Origin: Lachnospiraceae bacterium
GTDB lineage: Bacteria > Bacillota > Clostridia > Lachnospirales > Lachnospiraceae
Assembly (NCBI GenBank): GCA_017399445.1
Contig: JAFQCM010000035.1
Span: 3,593 to 67,592, forward strand
Length of the DNA: 64,000 nucleotides
Direction: 5' to 3'
Both the position numbers and the translations under genes were made by a program. Shown here piece by piece: positions 57,903-64,000 of the stretch; position 1 is the first letter of the stretch, and each line of letters opens with the position of its first letter. The notes below the pieces were generated by a model that saw nothing but the letters and a program-made list of their open reading frames with translations, ran no database searches and had not been told where the DNA came from.

Positions 57903-58229
57903 TTATTTGTCTTTTGCTAGTCTTTTTGCAATGGAAAGTAAAAGCTCCTGATCTTCAATGGAGATTTTTGACCAATAGCTTATAAGGTGTTTGAATGACC
58001 GCTGCTCTGATATATCATTAGGTTCCATATCCATGAAAAATTCAGAAAGTGTAATACCAAAGGCGTAACAAAGTCTTTCTAATGTTGGAATAGATGGAAT
58101 GGTATTCCGCTTCATCATATTTGTAAGGGTGGAGTATGGGACATCTGCTTCTTGTGCTAAGCGATAATAGGTCCATCCATAAACTTGGCATAGTTTATTT
58201 ATATGTTCAAGTACATTAAATTCATTCAA
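57903..58229 (-). CDS. XRE-family helix-turn-helix transcriptional regulator
   Basis: 108 aa. HTH core GWTYYRLAQEADVPYSTLTNMMKRNTIPSIPTLERLCYAFGITLSEFF. TTG start 7 nt after GGAGG; the nearby ATG is out of frame. Confidence 0.8.
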   Translation of the reverse strand: MNEFNVLEHINKLCQVYGWTYYRLAQEADVPYSTLTNMMKRNTIPSIPTLERLCYAFGITLSEFFMDMEPNDISEQRSFKHLISYWSKISIEDQELLLSIAKRLAKDK

Positions 58230-58399
58230 TTCAGTACCTCCAGATTTGTAGTGAATGGTATATATAAGTATTATACGAATTATTAAAAATAACGTCTTTT
58301 CTATTATAGCATTAAAAAAGAAAGAGAATTAGAATGCATTAGAGTATCATAAAATCGGAAAATTTTAGATGAAGAATGCAGGCGAATGAGAAAGAATGG

Positions 58400-58420
58400 A
58401 TTGAAAATAATATACAAATG
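58400..58420 (+). repeat. Copy 2 of the 21-nt element ATTGAAAATAATATACAAATG
   Basis: Identical to 57397-57417. Lies 328 nt upstream of the giant CHAP gene ATG, in the same orientation. Confidence 0.9.
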
Positions 58421-58747
58421 AGTGACAAATTTGCAAGAAAATTTTGTAAAAAAACCAAAATTTAATGCTAATTTTGACACCACAGATACCAGTTTTGCCA
58501 AAATGGAGAAATCAAAAAAGAGAAGTAGTATAATTTTTGTATAAAATTTTGTGTGCCAGGCATGATGAAAAAAGCATTTATTGGGGTAGAATGCGTGGGG
58601 AATTTCGGATGCTTGGCAGGTAGGGGATGGGAGGTAAGGATAGAGTGGTTTAAAAGGTGACAGATGTTTGGGTGAGAAAAATAGTAGATAGGGAATGTGA
58701 GTGTTGAAATGAAGGGTAAAATATGTAATGAGGAAGAGGTGTTTTTT

Positions 58748-61700
58748 ATGAGAGAAATTAAGAAAAGGTATAAGAAAATAGTGGCACTGGTGCTTTGCCT
58801 GGGAATGATGACAGGAATGTTCGAGGGTGTGCCAGGATTAGGCGAATATAGTGTGGTGGCGGAAGCAGCATATGCAAATCACAACTATGATGGTAGAATT
58901 GCTTGTACATGGTATGCATGGAAAAGAGCACAAGAAAAGTTGGGGATTACATTTCCAAATAACTGGGGCCATGCTGTTTCATGGTATTCGAATGCCTCGA
59001 TAGCAGGATATGAAACAAATTCTACTATTCCAAAAGCAAATTCACTTGCAGTATGGAGTCATGATACAGACTCTATGGGGCATGTGGCGTTTGTGGAGGA
59101 GGTTATAGGAAATTCAGTATATTTATCAGAGGGAGGTTCTTTACAATCTGTAAATGGTATTTACTCAAGAGTTGTAAATAAAAACAATATGAACCGTAGT
59201 TGGTATAGTAATGGTGTGACTACACACGAAACATTACTGGGATATATATATTTGGATGGTGGTAATTCAAATACAACTAATTCTTCAGTTCAAACCCAGT
59301 CCCCATCCATCAACCAAGACTTATCAGAAACAAAATACAACTACATTCAAGAAACAACTTTTGGAAGAAAAGCAGTGTTCAGAAATCCATCCGGAAGACA
59401 AATTGAAGATTTAGGAATGGTTTTATACGATGAAAACGGAAAGGAAATTACCAGAAATCATGAAGGAACACACTCTTCTGGAGTTGGTTCTTATAAACAA
59501 GAGTCATTTATTTATGAAGATGTGACAAAAGATTTAGGAATAGTTTTAGAACCGGAAACAAATTATTTCTATCAGTTTTTTATTAAAGTAGCAGGTTCTG
59601 ATTTAGTATATTCAGATAGATATAGTATTCAAACAGGGGGTAAAAAAACTCCAAATACTCCTTCCATATCCATAGACAAAACCCATGTGGCAGCTGGAGA
59701 TTCTGTTACAGTAACTTGGCAGGCTGATGTGGCGGCAGTCAATGGATATGATATTACTGTAGTATCAGAAGATGGAACTTACAAAAGAACAATTACTGTA
59801 AATGATAAAAATGCATTCAGCGCTTCTGTATCAGTTCCTAATGTAGGAACTTACAGAATTATGGCGGTAGCAAAAGGAAAAAGCAAAAATAGTGGAACTG
59901 CCGTTTCAGAACAGACAATTACTGCACATGACAGTTCTACAGTAACCTTTGTACAAAATACAGAGAACGGTGAAGAAGTTTTAAAAATGGAACGGGTTCC
60001 ATACGGACATAAAGCAACTGCACCATCAGCTCCGTCCAGAGAGGGTTATACTTTCCAGGGATGGGATAAGGATTATAGTAAGGTAACAGAAGATTTAAAA
60101 GTTACTGCAAATTATAAAATTAATACATACACAGTGAAATTTGTGGGGGAAAACGGAACTATTTTAAAAGAAGAAAGGGCTCAATATAAATCTGCAGTAC
60201 AGCCACCAGAAGCACCAGCCTCTACAAAACCGGGATATGTATTTGGTGGATGGAGCAGCAATGATTATGAATGTGTGAAACAAAATGCCACAATTAAAGC
60301 AAGTTATGTGTGGGAAAATAATGAACTTCCAATTATTGTAAGTGATGTTAAATGCGAGTATAAGGATACAGGATATCTTTTGACTTATACCATTGCAAAT
60401 TATCCTACATCCAAAACAACAGGACGTGCCATAGTATCCTTAAAAACATCAACAGGAAAATTAGTTGCAACTACAGAGTCTAGTGCATTTACTATTGATA
60501 AAGATGTAACAAAATCAAACCAGGAAATATTTGTCCCTTATGAAGGAGTAGCATCTACAGCTGAAATTGTAATTGTAGATAAGTTTTCATCAGGCATTCC
60601 AATTTCTAAAAGCCAGTCTTGTGGGGTTTCTAGAGAATGGAGCGCATGGCAGACCACAAAACCGGAAGGAAATTATGTCCTTGAATCAAGAACAGAATAC
60701 AGAAGTCAGGATAAAGTAACAACAACAAGTTCAGCATCTTCTTTGCCAGGCTGGACATTATATAATACCTCAGAGTCATGGAGTGACTGGGGAAATTGGA
60801 GCAGTTGGTCCAGAAACAGCTACAGTAGTTCTGATAGCAGACAGGTAGAAACGCAAAATGTAACAGATTCTAATGGATATAAGATAAACAATTATTACTA
60901 TTACAGATATTGGAATTCTACATATGGTCAATGGTACTATACATATTCTTCTTCTATGGGTGGAACAAAATATACTTTTTCCCAAAGAGAGGGAGATTCA
61001 CCAGCAATGTATTGGTATGCAAACTATGATGGTCATAATGCATACCGCTTGAACAATAATAATGGTGGTTATGGAGTTAATTTTAATAATGAAATCTGGT
61101 ATTTGGAAAGTACACAAAATGTTGATGCTACTTCTCATACAGAATGGCGTTATCGTGACAGAAGCAAAAACTATACTTATTATTATTATAAATGGAATGG
61201 ATGGTCTGACTGGACATCAGAGTCCATTACAGCTTCTGATAATAAACAGGTAGAAACCAGAACCACTTATCGCTATAAATCAGATGTGCAGGGTGAGGAA
61301 GATAATACGGGAAATTTAAGAGAAGTGACAGGAAGTGTTCCAACAGAGTTTGCAGGTAAGCAGGCAACTTTATTAGTATACAAAAACGAGGAAGCAGCGG
61401 ATTACAATAATGAATATGTAGGTCAAAGTGAAATCAATGAAGATGGTACCTATCATTTTTCCTTTATTTCAAGGGAAGAACCATCAGCGGAAACAGGAGA
61501 TTTTACGATTGATTTGGCGATTGAGGGAGCAACAGAATCTATCTATGTTGATACCATTAAAGCACCATTACCTAAATATACTGTTACATTTGTAGACTGG
61601 GATGGAACCGAGATTTCAAAACAAGAGATAATTCAAGGAGAAACAGCGGTCTTGCCGGAAAATCCTGAGCGAGAACATTATAAATTTACCGGATGGGATA

Positions 61701-64000
61701 CCGGAACTACAAATGTTAGGGAAGATTTGATGATAACAGCGCAGTATGAGAAGGAGATTTATACCGTTGTGTGGGTAGACTGGAATCGACAGAATTTTGC
61801 TATAGATACTTATACATATGGAGAAAAATTACTAGAACCATCTTTAACAGAAGTAGAAGGGTATGAATTGGTTTCATGGAAAGATGAAAATGGAGAAACA
61901 CCAGCAGAAGTAACAAAAAATATTGTGCTGACCGCAGAATATAAAATTAAGGAATACACAATTAAATTCTATGATTGGGAAGGAAATTGTATCAATACAC
62001 AGATTGTAGAGTATGGAAAATCAGCATTGGTACCAGAAACACCAGTAAAAACCGGAATGGTATTTGAAGGCTGGAGCAGTGCAGATTATACCTGTGTAAA
62101 AGGTGATTTGGATATCTATCCGAACTTCTCCTATGAAGAGACAGTAGAAAATCCAGAGGTAGATGTGACATCAGGTGCATATGAACATTCATTTACTGTG
62201 AAATTATCAGGAGAAGAAGGAGCAGCTGTTTATTATACTACGGATGGAAGTAAGCCGGATCAATACAGCCAGCAGTATCAAAATGCAATTGAAATCAATA
62301 AAAATACAGTACTTCAGTTTATTGCATGTAAAGAAGGAAAAAATGCCAGTGAAATTCAAAAGGCAGTATATCTAATTTCTGAAACAGAAGATACACAAGG
62401 AATTCTAAAGATTAAAAAGAGTTCATGGGAGTTAGAAGCAGGCAGTACAACAGATTTTGAATATACTTTATATAGAGAAGATGGAGATAACGAAGTAGAA
62501 TTTTTCTCTTTAAATGATGATGTGGCGGAAATTAGCGAAAATGGTAAGATACATGCCAATGGTACAGGAAGCACACAAATCTTTGCAATAACGAAGGACC
62601 TGAAATATGCCGATTTCTGTACAATTAATGTCACTTCAAATGAGATTCCAGTATCAGAGATTAAGCTGGAAAAGAATGTGATATGTATTAGTCCGGAAGG
62701 AAATGAAAAGATAGAAGCGACAGTAGAGCCTGCAAATGCAACAAATCAGGAATTATCATGGTTTTCTGATGACAGCCAGATTGCAGAAGTAAGTAAAGAG
62801 GGAAAAATCATAGGAAAATCTATGGGAATTACTTCTTTAAGAGGCTATTCCTATACAGGAAACTGCTATATTGATTGTACGGTAGTAGTAGCAGAACCTT
62901 CTGTAGAGTTAGCTGACACAGCAATTGTAGTAGAACAGGGAGAACAAGTAACAGAAGAAGCTAATATTATTGGAAGTATTGAGCAAGAATTCCATTGGGA
63001 AAGTGATAATGAAACTGTTGCTACAGTAGATGAAACTGGTCTTATTACAGGAATTGCTCCAGGACAAGCAAAAATAAGTTATGTATCTGAGGACAACCAG
63101 TATAAGGCAAGTGTCATTGTGATTGTTACAGATAAGCAGGAAGAAAAAGTAAGTATAGAAAACAGCGTAGTATCAGAAATTGGGAATGTTACTTACACTG
63201 GAAAAGAGATGAAACCAGAAGTTAAGGTAGAAAGTAATGGTAAAACATTAACAGTATTAGAAGATTATTCTATTGTATTTAGCAATAATGTGAATGCAGG
63301 AACAGCAATGGTTTATATTATTGGAAAAGGAAATTATACAGGAGTTGTTGAGAAAACATTTACTATTTTACCTGCTGATATTGCATCAGTTTCTATAAAG
63401 GAAATTGGCGAACAGAAGTATACAGGAGGCGAAGTAAAGCCTGATGTTGTAGTGAAATCTGGAAGCAAGGTGTTAAGTGAAGGCATTGATTATGTTTTAA
63501 CTTATGAAAATAATACAAATGTTGGCATAGGAAATGTAGTGATTAGTGGACTTGGAAACTATACAGGAACAAAAACTTATTCATTTAAAATAGTTGCAGC
63601 AAGTCAACCATCTCCAGTAGTTACAAAAGCGCCAACACCAATAATTACAAAAACACCAACGGTTACAAAGACACCAACACCAACAATTACGAAGGCACCA
63701 ACCAAAGCACCGGAAAAAGTAACAGCACCAGCTAAGCCAAAGATTAAATCTGTAAAAAATGTTAAGGGTAAAAAGATGACAATAAAACTTAGTAAGAAAG
63801 TAAGTGGTGCTGCTGGATACCAGGTTACTTATGCTACAAACAGCAAGTTTACAGTAGGTAAGAAAAATGTAGATATGAAATCAACTTCTAAGACGATTAG
63901 TAAGCTGAAAAAGGGAAAAACATATTATGTAAAGGTTCGGGCATATAAGAAAGATTCTAAGGGTAAGAAGATATATGGAAAGTATAGTTCTGTGAAAAAA
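58748..64000 (+). CDS. Giant secreted multidomain protein with N-terminal CHAP peptidoglycan hydrolase domain; 5' 1751 codons, continues past the window end
   Basis: I translated 58748-64000 (5253 nt) and met no stop. GAGGTG lies 6 nt before the ATG. Signal peptide MREIKKRYKKIVALVLCLGMMTG...AEA-AYA. Not in the ORF track because no stop is in the window. Domain order is given in the sub-features below. Confidence 0.9.
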   Translation, partial: MREIKKRYKKIVALVLCLGMMTGMFEGVPGLGEYSVVAEAAYANHNYDGRIACTWYAWKRAQEKLGITFPNNWGHAVSWYSNASIAGYETNSTIPKANSLAVWSHDTDSMGHVAFVEEVIGNSVYLSEGGSLQSVNGIYSRVVNKNNMNRSWYSNGVTTHETLLGYIYLDGGNSNTTNSSVQTQSPSINQDLSETKYNYIQETTFGRKAVFRNPSGRQIEDLGMVLYDENGKEITRNHEGTHSSGVGSYKQESFIYEDVTKDLGIVLEPETNYFYQFFIKVAGSDLVYSDRYSIQTGGKKTPNTPSISIDKTHVAAGDSVTVTWQADVAAVNGYDITVVSEDGTYKRTITVNDKNAFSASVSVPNVGTYRIMAVAKGKSKNSGTAVSEQTITAHDSSTVTFVQNTENGEEVLKMERVPYGHKATAPSAPSREGYTFQGWDKDYSKVTEDLKVTANYKINTYTVKFVGENGTILKEERAQYKSAVQPPEAPASTKPGYVFGGWSSNDYECVKQNATIKASYVWENNELPIIVSDVKCEYKDTGYLLTYTIANYPTSKTTGRAIVSLKTSTGKLVATTESSAFTIDKDVTKSNQEIFVPYEGVASTAEIVIVDKFSSGIPISKSQSCGVSREWSAWQTTKPEGNYVLESRTEYRSQDKVTTTSSASSLPGWTLYNTSESWSDWGNWSSWSRNSYSSSDSRQVETQNVTDSNGYKINNYYYYRYWNSTYGQWYYTYSSSMGGTKYTFSQREGDSPAMYWYANYDGHNAYRLNNNNGGYGVNFNNEIWYLESTQNVDATSHTEWRYRDRSKNYTYYYYKWNGWSDWTSESITASDNKQVETRTTYRYKSDVQGEEDNTGNLREVTGSVPTEFAGKQATLLVYKNEEAADYNNEYVGQSEINEDGTYHFSFISREEPSAETGDFTIDLAIEGATESIYVDTIKAPLPKYTVTFVDWDGTEISKQEIIQGETAVLPENPEREHYKFTGWDTGTTNVREDLMITAQYEKEIYTVVWVDWNRQNFAIDTYTYGEKLLEPSLTEVEGYELVSWKDENGETPAEVTKNIVLTAEYKIKEYTIKFYDWEGNCINTQIVEYGKSALVPETPVKTGMVFEGWSSADYTCVKGDLDIYPNFSYEETVENPEVDVTSGAYEHSFTVKLSGEEGAAVYYTTDGSKPDQYSQQYQNAIEINKNTVLQFIACKEGKNASEIQKAVYLISETEDTQGILKIKKSSWELEAGSTTDFEYTLYREDGDNEVEFFSLNDDVAEISENGKIHANGTGSTQIFAITKDLKYADFCTINVTSNEIPVSEIKLEKNVICISPEGNEKIEATVEPANATNQELSWFSDDSQIAEVSKEGKIIGKSMGITSLRGYSYTGNCYIDCTVVVAEPSVELADTAIVVEQGEQVTEEANIIGSIEQEFHWESDNETVATVDETGLITGIAPGQAKISYVSEDNQYKASVIVIVTDKQEEKVSIENSVVSEIGNVTYTGKEMKPEVKVESNGKTLTVLEDYSIVFSNNVNAGTAMVYIIGKGNYTGVVEKTFTILPADIASVSIKEIGEQKYTGGEVKPDVVVKSGSKVLSEGIDYVLTYENNTNVGIGNVVISGLGNYTGTKTYSFKIVAASQPSPVVTKAPTPIITKTPTVTKTPTPTITKAPTKAPEKVTAPAKPKIKSVKNVKGKKMTIKLSKKVSGAAGYQVTYATNSKFTVGKKNVDMKSTSKTISKLKKGKTYYVKVRAYKKDSKGKKIYGKYSSVKK
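58880..59273 (+). other. CHAP (cysteine, histidine-dependent amidohydrolase/peptidase) domain
   Basis: GRIACTWYAWKRA with Cys codon at 58904-58906. NNWGHA.SWY. SMGHVAFVEEV with His codon at 59081-59083. YLSEGG. Confidence 0.85.
59936..60313 (+). repeat. Two Listeria-Bacteroides (InlB B-repeat/Flg_new-type) repeats
   Basis: TVTFV...G..L....V.YG..A..P..P.REGYTFQGWD.......DL.V.A.Y, then YTVKFV.ENG..L........S.V.PP..P...GYVFGGW. Confidence 0.75.
60629..61282 (+). other. Trp/Tyr-rich module with WSxW ladders (unassigned family)
   Basis: WSDWGNWSSWS (60779-60811) and WNGWSDWTS (61193-61219). Each is followed by a D-S/N-R/K-QVET tail. Between them lies a Y/W/N-rich core NNYYYYRYWNSTYGQWYYTYSSS... 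Confidence 0.6.
61574..62131 (+). repeat. Three more Listeria-Bacteroides-type repeats
   Basis: YTVTFVDWDGTEI...YKFTGWD; YTVVWVDWN...GYELVSW; YTIKFYDWEGN...GMVFEGWS. Confidence 0.75.
62399..63130 (+). repeat. Three Big_2-like Ig domains, preceded at 62153-62371 by a chitobiase C-terminal-like module (VYYTTDGSKP)
   Basis: Patterns ...V.FFSLNDDVAEISENGKIHANGTGST.I.A; ATNQELSWFSDDSQIAEVSKEGKIIGKS.G; FHWESDNETVATVDETGLITGIAPGQAKISY. Confidence 0.7.
63161..63595 (+). repeat. Two tandem ~70-aa modules (YTG.E.KP.V.V...G..L....DY...Y.NN.N.G.A.V.I.G.GNYTG....F.I)
   Basis: aa about 1472-1541 and 1547-1616 of the giant ORF share this pattern. Confidence 0.6.
63602..63742 (+). repeat. Pro/Thr/Lys-rich linker with degenerate T-K-x-P-T repeats, followed by an Fn3-like domain to the window end
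   Basis: PSPVVTKAPTPIITKTPTVTKTPTPTITKAPTKAPEKVTAPAKPK. Confidence 0.8.

Noticed and set aside
58560-58747. c-di-AMP (ydaO) or c-di-GMP riboswitch upstream of the cell-wall hydrolase gene
   Set aside because: Those classes need several G-C helices and conserved C-containing motifs. This leader has one C in 130 nt, so it cannot form them.
58709-58747. Upstream in-frame ATG (58709) as the start of the giant gene
   Set aside because: It has a poor SD and would add MKGKICNEEEVFF ahead of a canonical signal-peptide n-region. ATG 58748 has GAGGTG at 6-nt spacing.
60776-62634. Four short ORFs listed inside 60.7-62.7 kb (60776-60985 -, 61062-61253 +, 61992-62192 -, 62356-62634 -)
   Set aside because: All lie within the continuous 1751-codon frame of the giant CHAP gene. 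They are alternative or antisense frames with no support.
1-64000. CRISPR arrays, tRNA/rRNA genes, transposases, integrases, prophage blocks
   Set aside because: I scanned the intergenic regions and all ORF products. I found no regularly spaced repeats, no cloverleaf-like or rRNA-like segments, and no recombinase or phage structural signatures.

Overview
Low-GC Firmicute (Clostridia) chromosome, Lachnospiraceae-like by gene content; the taxon is inferred, not proven. About 57 kb is densely packed, mostly plus-strand housekeeping. In order: a partial GH13 glycosidase, sbcDC, a Trp T-box leader with trpDCFBA, a pullulanase lipoprotein, yqeY, an ABC-F ATPase, rex, nnr, alr-mazF, a CNNM/CorC protein, yebC and metY. 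These are followed by tepA, nadE, ftsK, fhs-folD, nfnAB, an S1-domain protein, rlmH, DUF4317 and pdp. The last housekeeping block is the sporulation/ribosome cluster yqfC/yqfD-phoH-pgpH-like-ybeY, then a SpoVB/YtgP-type flippase, glgB, mscS, a two-gene ABC importer and miaB. I saw no rRNA, tRNA, CRISPR array or transposase/integrase. The last ~7 kb (57.1-64.0 kb) looks accessory. It holds a LytTR-only regulator, a convergent XRE regulator and a >=1751-codon secreted CHAP peptidoglycan hydrolase/adhesin-like gene. The ORF track misses this gene because it runs off the window; the partial GH13 gene at the left edge is missed the same way. The most interesting signals are: (1) this LytTR/XRE/CHAP module, with an identical 21-nt promoter segment upstream of both the regulator and the giant gene; (2) a Trp-ladder (WSxW-type) module inside the giant protein; (3) an EndoA/MazF toxin with no room for an antitoxin gene; (4) an inverted yqfC with a perfect 15-bp-arm palindrome in the yqfC/yqfD divergent region; (5) a PgpH homolog whose HD catalytic residues are replaced; (6) a trp operon under T-box control that lacks trpEG. 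Several ORF-track starts are over-extended, and I re-called them from SD spacing and homolog N-termini. All calls come from reading the sequence and from remembered family signatures. No database search was run.
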